From positions 2,108,001 to 2,172,000 of the forward strand of contig OX597824.1 in NCBI GenBank assembly GCA_951406725.2: a stretch of 64,000 bases of DNA, given 5' to 3'. Position numbers and translations under genes: made by a program. Position 1 is the first letter of the stretch. Each line of letters begins with the position of its first letter. Below, in pieces: positions 41,974-55,490 of this stretch. The notes under the pieces are model-generated. The model was not told where the DNA came from and searched no databases. It was given only the letters and a program-made list of their open reading frames with translations. The DNA comes from Octopus vulgaris. Lineage: Eukaryota.

Positions 41974-43599
41974 CCTCTGCATAAATATCGGGGTAAAAAT
42001 TATTTCATTCTTATAAACTGGGAGAGAAAATCGCGTTATTTTTTCTGAATATGAGTGTTGACTTTAAGTCCTGGTCTTTTGGTTTCGATGGAGAGGTGCA
42101 AACCTAGATCGTTAAATTCACAGGACTTATAGGATCTCTCAAGACCTTTTGCTTTGTCTTTTCAGATCTTTGCGTTCTGACAGCAATCCCCACAATGACA
42201 ATTATGTACCAACCCAAATCGTGGCCTGTCTCTTGTCAATAGCGTCCAAATGTGACCCTTATATACACAGGGCATTAATATCTCAAGAGTAAACCTACAG
42301 AAGCTTGATAAATCTCGACCCTTGCTGACCATGTTTATAACATAAATGAAAACCGAACTGCTTTGTAGCAAATAAAACAGAATATAGTCAATACAATAAG
42401 GTTCTATATAAAAGGTGAAACAATGCTTTCCTCGGATTGGAAACCAGTGTTAGAGAGTCATAAAAAACGAGTATTGTTCGTTCGAGAGTAGCAGCATGTA
42501 TGGTAACCTACTTCTAATACTGCAAAATATACAATATTTTGCAATAATAAATGCTGGGAGTGTCTTATTTAAAGAATATACTTTGCACAGCCTGCGTTTC
42601 CTGATATTCTTAATCTCGGTGCCTTATGTTAGTGTGAAAAATAATCAATACTTATTCAAATTTCTAACTTATCTTCCTTACCATTGTTGTCTATCAGGTT
42701 TATACCATGGCAAAAGATAAATAAATAAATGAATAAAATGGTTTTCATACATCTTTCGTATTTTCATATTTGCATTTTTAAAATGCTCCTTCATTGTAAT
42801 TCCTGAATTACTTAGAGATTTCATTAAGATGCAGGAATTCGTGAATCCAATGAAGTCAACGGTATAAAAACAACATGATCAATTGTTTGGCATAAAAATA
42901 CGTAGCAAATATGCAGAGATTTGAAATATATTTTAGCACTCACTTATTTTTGATAAATATGCGAGGAACATCATTTGAGTGAAATAGTTATGTTATTTAC
43001 TATTAAATATTATATGAATATTATTGATCCTGTATTAATGTACTACTAATCCCATATATGTTTCATTGGATAAGCTCGATTCAACATTAATGTATGTTGT
43101 GTTTTAGGTAACAAAAACATAAGCACTAAAAATGTTATGCTACCCGTAACATTGTCGTTCATGTTCCACAGTAAATTTTAAATGTTCATTTACATATTTA
43201 AACACTCGCCGCAATAAACATACACTTCAATTAAACGGAACCCTGGAAGATACAAGATGTTGCAGAAGCACTCTGAATGCCATGTTTCTTGTAGCAGAAA
43301 CTGCAGTAGCTAATGGAAATGATAATCTAACATATGTACTTTCGTCATTTGCTAATTAATATTTCCCTGGATAAACACCTGGCGTTTATTCTGAATCATG
43401 AGTATAATGAATTCTAACGACTGGTTATTAATATCGCCATGTCTAAAAGAAATCACGGTATATAAAACATAATATCTAAATCATTATATTTGTAAACATA
43501 GTAAGGAAATCTTCATCAGCCGCCTTATTCTTGAAAAGGGACACCAAACTTACTCTAGCACATTATCGAAATTTGTAGGAGGGTACGCATGCGTATATT

Positions 43600-43655
43600 G
43601 GTTATGAAAGGGGTTATTACGTTAGTTATGGCTACCTTGAAACTGCTGTCAAGGT
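43600..43655 (+). ncRNA. Highly degenerate hammerhead-like motif
   Basis: GTTATGA-AAGGGGTTAT...ATGGCTACCTT-GAAACTGCTGTC-AAGG; core and stem I are mutated. Confidence 0.3.
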
Positions 43656-44769
43656 AAGACTTTATACCACAATTCGGTTTGTTTTGTTTTCTTATTTTGT
43701 ATATGGTATAATGTATATCACGTGACTGATAATCATTCCCTGCAGATGAAACCCGCGTAAAAAGTTCAAATTATATCTTTTATAAACAAATTCTCCTGCT
43801 GTCTTGTCTTATGCCTGTGTATGTATAAGCGTCATTTTCCCGATTTATCTCAAATGTAATATTTCTATATCTACTTGCAGTCATATATATAATTCTATAT
43901 AACATTTTATAGCGCAAAAATTTACATTTGAAAAATGTCAGAGGATTAAATGATGAGATAATAACATTTTCCATATTAAATCAGAATTTCTAAAGCATGA
44001 ATACGAAGAAAATATTCTTTTAGATCTTTTATTGGAACTTACTGTGCTTGAGGGTGATTAAAATAATTCTAATGTACAATTGGCTCAAAGCCATGGCCAG
44101 TGACCTTAGAAATTCGTAACGAAATCTCACGGATATTCTGCAATAAACCGAAAAGTAATATCATCTCTGTAACTATTTTCGAAAAACTATTATTAGTGAA
44201 CTGCAAGTAATAGGAAGTTAATCAGTTGATCTGTTTTACCTTTTAATGTACTTTATGCTACAATCTCTTTCTTCTCTCTCTCTCTCTCTCTGATATTCAC
44301 CTGACTGAAATTATAAATATGGTAACATATATTACTTCGAAAAGTCGAGAAGGATGAGTAAACTGAGGACGAATTAGAAATAAAGTTAATGAGTTCGAAT
44401 GTAATTGAAGCTATATTTCAATAGAGTTATTTCGGTAAAGTTTTGTGTGGGATATATATATATAAAAGTAATATATATATAAAACTAATATGTAAATGTG
44501 TGTATATATATATACATAATATATATAGGTAGAAAGATCGATCGATCGATCGATAGATAGATAAATAAATAGATAGATAGATAGATAGATAGAAAGATAG
44601 AAAGAGATAGACATATAGATAGATAGATAGTTCGAATATAATATATGGAAATAGATTAGAATGTGTTAGTTTTTGCGAAGCATTGGGAAGTATAAGTTCA
44701 ATGAATGTTGCGGGAACCATGCGAGAATGTACGAAGAAAAGTAGAAATTGAAAAGGAAACAGAACAAAA

Positions 44770-45000
44770 TCCATTTTATAATCCTTATAAGAAAAATGAA
44801 ATGGCTTCTTTCTGCTCAGGCTTCGGAATCTGTTGTTAAACAAGGGCGATTGGTATGGAAAATCATGTTATGAGCTTGGTGGAATATTGAGGCGGAGAGA
44901 GATTTATTTTGAGCTTAGCTCAGAAAGCCGTGCTGTGAATGCTGACGTTTATGCTTAACACCTATAGCGAGTATGTGATGCTTTGAAAGCTCGGTACTCG
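44770..45000 (+). mobile_element. Mariner transposase internal fragment
   Basis: SESVVKQGRLVWKIML*AWWNIE...IYFELSSESRAVNADVYA*HL*RVCDALKARY (cf. KVMLCVWW...FELL...TVN...Y..QL); similar to 29700-29860. Confidence 0.75.
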
Positions 45001-48000
45001 AAGGGCAAGAGGTGCTGCACTATACTACCAAGAAAATGACACCTCGTGGTTGTTTTACCTCCATGTGAATACAATGTCATGGTACCCAGCCAGTCTACTT
45101 TTAGTGTCTTAGTCCTAACTTGTCTGTTTGTCTGTCTCATGTATGTATGAATATATGCATGCATGTACGTATATAAAGTTAGTTCAGCGTTCCTCATCAT
45201 ATCAAACATTCTCAATGAATCTGATGTGGTTTTTGTTAGTCTATCTCTATTGACTATGCATATTTAGAATGAGATGATGTCGGTTGGCATAACTCGGTTG
45301 TCTTTTTCACACGAATCTTCAGGACACATTATTTAGATTACACAACACATTCAGTAGTTTTGTTGTCTGCTTTCGCTCTTGACAGACAAGCGAATCTTAA
45401 TCTGTATGAAAGTGCCATCTTACAAACTTCTAGATGTGTTACTGACGAGGTCTACAGTTCATTCTACAAAAGGCATCTTGTAGAGTGGACTGGGAAATGT
45501 CTTCCCGTTCCCGAAGCTGTGTTTCTCAGCAGAATAAAGTTATCAGATACAAACATGTGAGCTATTCTCACAGTTTCTGACTGTGTGTCCGTACGCGCGC
45601 GCGAGTGTGTGAGTTTGTGAAACCGCCGCCATTTTATTAGTATGTGCTACATCATGAAAGAATGCGAAAATATACAAAATAACAAAGCTAGATTCGTTTT
45701 CGCACAAATGAATGCATTCTCACACACTTAATTCAAGAATCGTTGCAGAGCATAATTATATTTAATATATTTATTCATGCGTTTGCCATTAATAACATCG
45801 TGACAAAGTTGCAATTTAAAACACAGTTAAGTATTGTCTAATAACCCTTCAGAGTAGTCGGATGGCTACTTTCACTTGAAAGATTGATCACGAGGTTATG
45901 CTCACTCTGTTAGATATCATCCATGCATAGATTAGTACGCAGCACCAAGTTCTATTTCAGTGAAGCCTGTATGTCAGCAATGCTGAATTCTCGTAGTATA
46001 ACGTATTTATATATTTTATTTGTATTATTCTTTCTAAAACTATAATGTTTAGTTACTACAAGTCTCTATAAATATCATTAACAAAATTCATATTCCAATA
46101 AATTTCTTTTCCTAGATAGCTTATTATATAATGCCAGGACTATAATCTGTAAATTACGTGCATACGCTTATTGTTTTTAATGTTATTATGAAAGGTTTCC
46201 GATTCTTTCACGCGGTGCATAAAACAAGTCGAAGCTATAAAGTGCATGAATCTGCTTTATTTTTAAGAAATTCACATATTTCCTTTTCATCCTTTGAAAA
46301 TAGCATTATGAATAAGTGCCGGTTTATGCTCTAGCAACAACAGCAACAACAGCAACAACCACATCACAATCAAACAGAATTAATGAACAATATAAATATC
46401 CAATATTTTGGAGTCAACAACTGAAAGACAAAACAACAGGAAGAATACGGATATAACTAAAGAGAAAGAAAAAAAAAAGCAAGAAGAGAATATGAGTGTT
46501 AAATGTTTCTCATCTATTGCTTGAAGATAACATTTTTGTAGAATGTTTTTTTTTTTCAGCTTATTGACTGAGAGTTTGTTATTATTTTTAAAATCTATGG
46601 AGTAAAGAAATGACGCATAACACAACAAAAAATAAAGAAGTGTAACACGTCAAACATTCATTATTTAGTCAATAATTCTCGATAATATTTGAATGGCGTG
46701 TTATATAAACCGTAGCACTGATATTGTAAGCTTGTATGGTATTTAATATTATTACCACGTCTAGCTACTGATTAAATTTCTTGTTTGGAAATATGACCCG
46801 ATGTTTTATATTAACTGATGTTAGTTAATTATTTTTACTGATAAATAATTAATAAGAATTGATTTTCGGTAATTAGTGTCACTTGAAAGGTAATGGTATC
46901 TGTGCACTACGGCAGGAAATGTTATTCCGGTTGAATGCTAGTGAAAGTGTATACTCTTATCTCTTACTAGACATATCGTTCGAATAATTCTGAGAGAGTA
47001 ACTGAAGCAGAATCGTAGTGGATTTGGAGAATATTGTCTGTCTATGGAATGCATTTATTTGCCATAACTACACACGATAATATCCTATTTCGATGTCCAA
47101 TAAAAAGTGGCATTTTCATTTATTGTTGTTGTCTGTGTACCCTTGAGTATATAAATATGTATGTGTACGGTCACCTGCGATAGAGAGATGTACGTGGGTT
47201 TCGTATGTTGTTAGAATTGTTATTCCTCTTTTAGTGATTTCCAACAAAACACTCTCTTGAAGGGTCATTAAACACTAAGCTGTTAGGAAACTCGTGGCAT
47301 CTTCCCAGTTAATTTACAATATTCCTAAATCATCTGATAAAGATCGCTTAAATATAATAAATGTAGATGTTACAAATAGGGCTGTCTCTGTTCTACGGTA
47401 ATTCTCCAAAGCTAGATACAGTGTCACTCGTCAGAAATGAATGATCTCCATAATCTAAGATTCTTGGAGATGTTGGAATTGCGTTCTGTATTGAATTGAT
47501 CGGATTTCAACTTCAATGTAAATGCAGATATGGCCAAACAATACTACCTATCTATTCTCTGCTAGTAACTGTGCTAAATTGTAGGCGTACAATGCGCTCC
47601 TAAGTCTTGGATGAATGAAAGGAAAATCGGAAAGATTGGGTGTTAGTACAGACATTGTGAAGCATGGTTATAAGATGAAACGATCAGATCACCAGAAAAT
47701 AGTCTTGCACACCTATCACCATAATCCATTCTGCTTTTTGTGGTTAGCTTGGATGATGTAGACTCATTTATATACTACCAACAAATGGGTAGTGCAATAT
47801 GATAGATTATAAGGGTCAGACGAATTTTAACCGACCTAATTTTACATCACGTGTTGGTACACGAAATGGAACGAACAAAATTATTTTAGCCAATTAAAAT
47901 TTAAAAAACGCAGCGATGAGAAAAAACTTTACTATAATGATTAATTCTAATCGAGGAGGTCAAGGGAGAAAACCCCGGAAGTAAAATTAATTAAAAACAG

Positions 48001-48947
48001 AATGCAATGGAGACTGAATACGCCCCAATCGCTTGATGTTTTAGATTTTCGAATTATCATGTCATGAACTACAATTTCAAAACGTTTGTGCACATGCCAT
48101 TAAACACTGTGCTGTGAAATTAAACAAAAACACATCGTATTTTCTTATTATGCTCACAAGTTGGTCTGATAAAATAATTGTAAAGCATTAACGTTATAAT
48201 GCCGAAAGGGATAATTTAAAGAGAGAGAGAGAGAGACAGGAAGAAGCAGAGGCAGAGAGACAGAGAAAGACAGAGATAGACAGAGAAGGAGAGAGAGCAT
48301 TGTTTAAAGTGATCGTTCTAAATATCCGTGTTCTAAGCTGGAGACTTCAGAAATCTATTTCTGTAAATAACATTTAATGAATTGAATTTCTAACTTGATG
48401 TTCACTTCTTGCTGAATAATTCTGATGGCAGAAAATTGACAAGCCAAATACTTTCAGCGTAATTTGTGAGCATTTAATTAGGAGAGAAAGAGAGGGGGAG
48501 AAAGAGAGATAGCGAGAAGGGGAGAGAAGTACTACAGGAGTCTATCTACTTGAAGAAGAAAATATAAACGGTCTACCGCAGCTGAAACAATCACCTTAGG
48601 GTCAAGTTCATTGATTACAAGAAACGATTAAGCTTCAATCCATTATATAATATCACAAAAGTTTGAAGATTAAGTATTTTCTTCGTATCAAACATGAGAT
48701 AATTAACAACACGTCTTTTATTCATTTGAATACTAAGCGATTTGAATCTAACTCGTTCTAAATGTGGAGTATGGGGTTAGTTTGGCAACGATGTATGTAA
48801 TTAGGCGGTGGTGGTGAATTGATAAATACCAGTGCGTGATTTGGAAATGCGGAAATTCTGTTAACAATTAGGTTGGATGACGGTTTTGCATGAGCGAAGG
48901 AATTTGAAGTTGTGAATTGTATATGGAGATCTTATTCAAGGATGTGT

Positions 48948-48997
<50 letters not shown>

Positions 48998-49289
48998 CTG
49001 TGTGTGTGTTTGTGTGATTTGATTGAGAAGCAATAAATAGTATGTGGAAATGGTTGTATTAACTGGTTTTGTGTGAAGTGGGATTCGAATTGGCGAATAC
49101 TTGAAATTAATAATGCCAATTTAAGAAGCATGCTTCTCATATTGACTTCGATATGATGTGATTGATTTCCCTGTGGTATGCAACAATGGTTTCTAAATAA
49201 GGATCCAAATATACATAATATAAGCAGGATGGTGATAACTTTCCACTTGAATCCCTTTGCGTGGCATCCCATTGTAACATCATCCACTA

Positions 49290-50280
49290 CAGCTGGTTGC
49301 CATCCGTCTGATGGATTGTACCGCTAATTCAGGTGTTCAAATTTGTTATGCATTTTGCAGCAGTATTTCGGCCGCAAACGTCTGCTATTAAGGTCAAATG
49401 CCAGTCCAAGGCAAATTCACGAGTTTAACCTAAATGGCCATACCTGTTTGCTGACGTTTAGTTGATATCAGTTTCATACGCTCTCAGTATTATATCGCTA
49501 TCCTTTCATAAGTGCCATGGTTCTCTGGTGTCTGAAAAAATTGTGAATATGTACGATATATGATGCATTGTCACTATGGAAGTATATCTTGTGTATTACT
49601 CCTAACACCCGGAATCAACAAACAGTCAAGGAAGCCGCTAACAAGATAATGTAACGGGTAAGCAGTTTAATGAGTAGCAGATCGAACGGCTGAGTGCTCA
49701 TCGATAAAACCGATTAAAAAAACCCTCTCTTCATAACGTAACAAAAGCAATCAAGTATAGAAAGTCGGGTCAGATATGGGGTCATGCGCCGTGGCCTGTG
49801 TGTCACTGCATCAACTATTTTTCGGTATTTACTCTACTCGTCCTGGACGACCCTCCGACCCGTGTCCCAGTCAGTTCCCATCTCTACGAGATACCTGCTC
49901 ATCCGCCGGGTTTAGAACATTCTAGATTTTCTACTTTCAACCACTTTGACGTCACTCCTTATAAAGGAATATTTTAAAGAGACACTCATTACCGCTATGG
50001 GCTCCGTGTGAGCAATGATCTAAAAGTTTTTGTGCATTTTGATGTTGACATAAGTTCCTTGCTTTTCCTGATGAGAAAGCGGCATAATGTACTCCTTATT
50101 CCTTCGCAATTAGGAATATGCAGCCTTCGAAACATATGTCGAAAATAAAGGAATTTTGTTAATTCGTCGTTCAGCTCCATTCTTTCATATATTTATATTT
50201 TTAGAATAAACATACAAATTTCCACACGAAAGCACGTAATCTATGCCCTAGGCACATAACTTCAACCGTGTTTTTTCTAA
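49290..50280 (+). mobile_element. PLE 3' remnant with hammerhead ribozyme
   Basis: Weak GIY-YIG-like translation (FRCSNLLCILQQYFGRK...IHEFNLNGH) upstream of a well-formed hammerhead. Confidence 0.5.
50052..50156 (+). ncRNA. Type-I hammerhead ribozyme with extended stems I and II
   Basis: AAGTTCCTTGCTTTTC-CTGATGA-[54-nt stem II GAAAGCGGCAT...ATTCCT..AGGAAT-ATGCAGCCTTC]-GAAACATATGTC-GAAAATAAAGGAATTT; all core nucleotides canonical, predicted cleavage after C50140. Confidence 0.88.
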
Positions 50281-50405
50281 TGTGAATTTGCTACCCAGGT
50301 ATCGGTTAATTCGAATTGTCCTTCATAAGATAATTCATTCAACTACTCAAATATATATATATACATATATACATATATATATATACACATATATACATAC
50401 ATACT

Positions 50406-50507
<102 letters not shown>

Positions 50508-50539
50508 TATACATATAAACAGAAAGAAAGCAAAGACAA

Positions 50540-51050
50540 TAAATATTTAAGTATAAATATATAGATATTTATATTGATGGATCAAACTTACACAGTGTAC
50601 AAAAGGTAGAGAAAATTAAAGGAGAAGAGGAAAGGTGTTATAAGTCCTACAGCTGTTTCCGAGGGCTCGGAAATCCGTGATGATTTCGGTAGATGTAGTT
50701 TACCAGAATATCAAGGTTATAATTAATGCAAAAAATCATTGGTTAAATCGAACCTACGCCATTAGAATAGGAAAGAATTTTACATCTCAGATTATGGCGC
50801 AGAGAAGTTTAAAGGTTAAAATATTTGAATTGAGGAGGAGCAACAGTTGGAGGAAGCTTGGTGGGAGCGTGGGGAATGTTGAGGCTGTGAAAGGAGATAA
50901 GTGACTCAGATTAGGAAGATGGTGGGGCGGGGGCTCAACCATTTGCTCACCTTGATTCCTCTTCTAGCCGTTCTTTTCCCCACAGAATTGATCCCTAACA
51001 AAGACATCGGAGTGTTTTCTATACCTAGAATCTTTCGATCTCATTTGTTG
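50540..51050 (-). mobile_element. PLE-derived repeat with truncated hammerhead
   Basis: Minus strand GAAACAGCTGTA-GGAC at 50644-50659, preceded by a long hairpin (50678-50713); the CTGATGA half is absent. Confidence 0.5.
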
Positions 51051-51057
51051 ACTATAC

Positions 51058-51117
<60 letters not shown>

Positions 51118-51181
51118 CTTAGATAAACTTAGATATGTTTCGACCAATGATTGGTCCAGGCCATGTCTAACTTAATAGCAC

Positions 51182-51184
<3 letters not shown>
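51118..51184 (-). mobile_element. Extreme 3' end of a CR1-group LINE in (TA)n
   Basis: 29-nt identity to 51538-51566; tail ATCTAAGTTTATCTAAGTTAT. Confidence 0.8.
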
Positions 51185-51265
<81 letters not shown>

Positions 51266-51306
51266 ATATATATATGTACATATATATATGTATATGTACA
51301 TATATA

Positions 51307-51355
<49 letters not shown>

Positions 51356-51374
51356 GTATATATATATATATACA

Positions 51375-51611
51375 CATTAAAACAGAAACTGACCCTATAG
51401 GGTTCAAGAAGTCTTTGGACAGATTCCTTCAAGAAATCCCGGATAAACCCCCTACACCCGGATATGTCTCTGTAAACAATAACTCTCTACTTGAGTGGGC
51501 CATAGTGCCCAAATTCTGAATTGAAAGACTTCACCAGGTGGTGCTATTAAGTTAGACATGGCCTGGGACAATAATGGCCGAAACCTATCAAAGTATCAAA
51601 GTATCAAAGTA
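51375..51611 (+). mobile_element. CR1-group LINE 3' end in (TA)n
   Basis: [41 protein letters not shown]; 3'UTR hairpins; (TATCAAAG)3 8-bp tail. Confidence 0.85.
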
Positions 51612-53802
51612 TATATATATATATACATATTCAGTGACACTCAACTCAAAATACGCTTATTTATCATAAAGACAAGAGACTGCGTATGTGTTGCAAAGAT
51701 TTATTTATTCTATCGACTATATTGACAGAAACTCCAACTCTACACGATTTTACTTTCCATGAAGTCAAACAAAACATTGCCGTGTAATCATTGAAATCGA
51801 TCCCAAGGTTTTACCTCCATCTTCAATGGTCCGTTAAATTATATTTTGAAGTAAAATCATTCGTATGTATTTTCTTTTAATTTTTCTCCTCTATGAGTAA
51901 ATACACTCCCGCATCATTTCCAAATTTCATTACTTGATATGTGAACAGTTAATCTAATGAGGTATCTTTTATGTCAAGATAACAAAACTAAGATTTAAAT
52001 GTGTTTTTTCCCCATGTTACGCTAAGGAGAATCATAAAGTTTTCAATATGTAAACTTTATCAGAATAATGCAGGCTTTTATTTAATTTAGGTTTCTATTG
52101 TATAACAAAATAAAGAAAGTTATGTATTATTCCTAAGGGAAAGATACTTGCTATGCAATTTTTTTATATACTATACACTACAGAGTTCACTATGATAAAA
52201 TGTTTTTGCATGACAAAAGATTTTATAGGTATCGTAAAAACAAATTATTTCAGCTTCTGAGAATATGTTCTTTGCCTTAACACTTCTTTATTCTTCAAAT
52301 CCGATTTCTTTTTTAAATAGATTTTATGTAAATATATCAAAAGAAATTCTTGCTATTATATCATATCTATCCTGAATGTAGATTTATTTCACTGGTTATT
52401 CTACCCATAAAATACTCTTCGTGCGGTTTAAGGATTCGAATGCATCATAAACACTTATAATGTAGGTTTCGGTATTGATTTTTCAATGTTAGGTAATCAT
52501 AGTCGAATATATTGCTTCTCATTTAATCTCAAGTTTTTCTCAAAGTTTCACTTAAAAAATCATAAAATGGAAAATTGCTTCAATTCTGTACAACAATTGC
52601 TTAGCTACCATTTCAGAAAATTACCGATTATAGGTGTATTTTTTATATAATATATCTGCAAAATATAATGATTTCATATTTCTATTTTCTTCCATTTCGA
52701 AAATAATTTAATAATAAAATCAAAATTGATGAAAAGTAAATGAAATATCCAAATGAAGCACTGGTTACAAGAATTTAAGTAATATTGATATCGGTGAATG
52801 TTCATAATCCCAATATTGTACGAATATTAAATTCGCCTTATATTTATATGATATTAACCAGAAAAACTACTCGTACAAAAAAAATGTTAATATTGTAATT
52901 ATCTACTGTTGTATATCACGATATATTAATAAATTGATTTCGTTTCTCATAATCAATTCGGAAATCCCATGGGAGACAGGATTAAATATACTGTCTTACG
53001 TTAATGTGAACATGATGACATTTATCATATTGAATTTCTCAGCAAACAACACAGAACATAGCTCATATATTTCCATGCTACACTGAGTCGTAGAAATACA
53101 TATACCCACATATAGAATATATATATTTATAATATTACAGCCCCATTAAAAATCAAATGATTCATCCACACCTTATCAAAAATTTAACATCATACCTCTT
53201 ATAACAATAATTGTTTTCTGAACAATAACTATTATCTTTACAGATGTCACATTTTCTTATTTATATCTAGACAAGGTTTCGATAAGCTTCACCGTTCCAG
53301 AATGTGTGTATTGCTTCAATCTGGCATAGAAATAGAAATATTTCATTTCCTAGAAATATTTATCTCCTTATAAATAAATCATTATTGTTTGAATCCAGTT
53401 ATATATTGTACATTTCTAAGAATAAGACAGCTAATGTTGTATGGGAATTAGACCTGTCTTATCAAAGTGTACATTATGTTTAGATATTTTCCTCTCAAAA
53501 AGGTGGGGGCCACTAACAAGTAAGCATGTTATTAACTACCACTAATCTCAGATAATTGTATATTTAATCGAGTATCTATTTCCGTACTTTTCCATGCATC
53601 TCAATCGATAACTAAAAGCTTAAAAGATGATCTCCTCATATGCAGACTGATGCAAAGACGAAACCAAGTAAAATGCTCGCACACAACTCATGTATATGTC
53701 TATATACAGAGCGTAAGACAGAGAGGTTAAAATACGCATATATATTCGTGTACATTTAATTAGATAATACGAGTATTATGCATTTGCTTAAACCAATATG
53801 TG

Positions 53803-53839
<37 letters not shown>

Positions 53840-54295
53840 GTATGTATGCATATCGATAGAACAAATACAATTATATTCAAATTAAGATAAGTCATAAGTT
53901 TTCGTTACGCACATCGTAAAGAATTACACATAATTAATAGGGGGCGTTAATTATTAGGGTATACCATTCAATTGAAATTATTAATGAATCTTCATTAAAA
54001 TTGCCATAATTTCCTGTTTAAACACTGCATAATTAGTGTTCTCATGTCTAATAATCGAATTAGTAATGATTAATGTTATGTATTAGTGAAACTGTAATAT
54101 TTCATATGTTACAGCAGACAATGCGTTTTTTTCTATGTCTAAGTTAATTTAATAGTTTAATTAATGAATCCATGTCGAAAGATATTTACTGCCAATTTTC
54201 TATCCAATCATTCATGACACAAAAAAATGTTATATTAAGACAACCGCTGTAGAGTTTTGTTTTCGTGATACTTGCTGATGCACAATATGTTACCC

Positions 54296-54432
54296 GATAT
54301 CAGCTGAGTTCAGCTTTGTCTCTTATTCTTTCGCGATGGGTAAAGTAACACACCAGTCATATACTAGGGTCGATGTAATCGACTTACCCGCTCCCCTTAA
54401 AATTGCTGGCTTTGTGTCAAAGTTAGAATTAT
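54296..54432 (+). mobile_element. Degenerate SINE core and tail
   Basis: ACTAGGGTCGATGTAATCGACTTACCCGCTCCCCTTAAAATTGCTGGCTTTGTG. Confidence 0.65.
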
Positions 54433-55290
54433 TTATGCGAATGCCTACGACTCCTCCTTAACTACTCTGTACTAACCCACTTCAACACATGAAATGAATA
54501 TTTTGAAGTTAGTAAAATGGTGAGGTAAAACGTGTGGCATTTCCAGTCCATAGAAAATGCTGTCCTGTTCACTGCAGGCGTTTTTCTTCCGTAGCATACT
54601 GTACTTTTAATTATACACGGCACTGTTTGTTTAACCAACTAGAGCACATGCAATTTATAGATAGCATACTCTCTTTACTTCCGATTCAAGTAAGAATTTA
54701 TCAATTGAATATTAAGACAGCAGTAATGCAGGCACCAGTATGAAACAAGATTTTGTGAGAACATTTCATATTTTATGGCCAAACTCAAACGGTATATACG
54801 AAAGGCCTACTCTACTCTTTCTATCAAATTGATCGTAAGGAGTGGGAAGGGATTAAAACTATGTCATTTCATATCCTTTTATTACCCTAATTACAGCTGC
54901 CAAAGCTGAATTCTTAGAGATTTACGAACTTGATTGATTGAAAACAGTTTTGCGATGAAGTCTTAAGGAGATGAATGAGAGGAAATAATTTCTACAAAGA
55001 AACGTACGCCAAATTGAGTTACATGAAAGTCTTCTGGTATTTCATTATATGTCACCGAATGTTTAATCTTGATTGCTGTAAGAGAGCATAGATGGCGCCA
55101 CTCCTGCTGCCGCTTTTATAGCTAATGCTATGGAGTTTAATCGCCATGTTGTAGATCCATCCCAGACCTAGTGGCCTTATAAATCGATCTCTAACGCTGC
55201 GCCTCAGCGTTTCTTCACATTAAGCTCTAGATAGATGAAAGCTATTTCTCATCACAAGGGTTCCATTCCCGACATAGGTAGGCTAATTTT

Positions 55291-55490
55291 AAAGCTGCGA
55301 GCTGGAAGAATTGTTAGCACGCTGGGCAAAACTCATTAGCAGCATGTTCTGAGTTCAAATTCCGCCGTGGTCGACTTTACCTTTCATAATTACGGGGTCG
55401 ATAAAGTAAGTACCAATCGAGCACTGTCATTGATTACATTGAGTCCTTCCCTCACATTTCAGGCCTTGTGTCTATAATAGAAAGTATTAT
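55291..55490 (+). mobile_element. tRNA-derived SINE with CAGGCCTTGTG-type tail
   Basis: Head GCGAGCTGGAAGAATTGTTAGCACGC, B-box-like GAGTTCAAATTCC, core GGGGTCGATAAAGTAAGTACC. Confidence 0.85.

Noticed and set aside
47460-47620. Possible APE endonuclease remnant (GDVGIAF...)
   Set aside because: Only marginal motif resemblance.
47970-48080. CCGGAAGT (ETS-like) and ACTACAATTTC (ZNF143-associated-like) motifs as a promoter
   Set aside because: Short motifs, one imperfect, with no GC-rich context or adjacent first exon.
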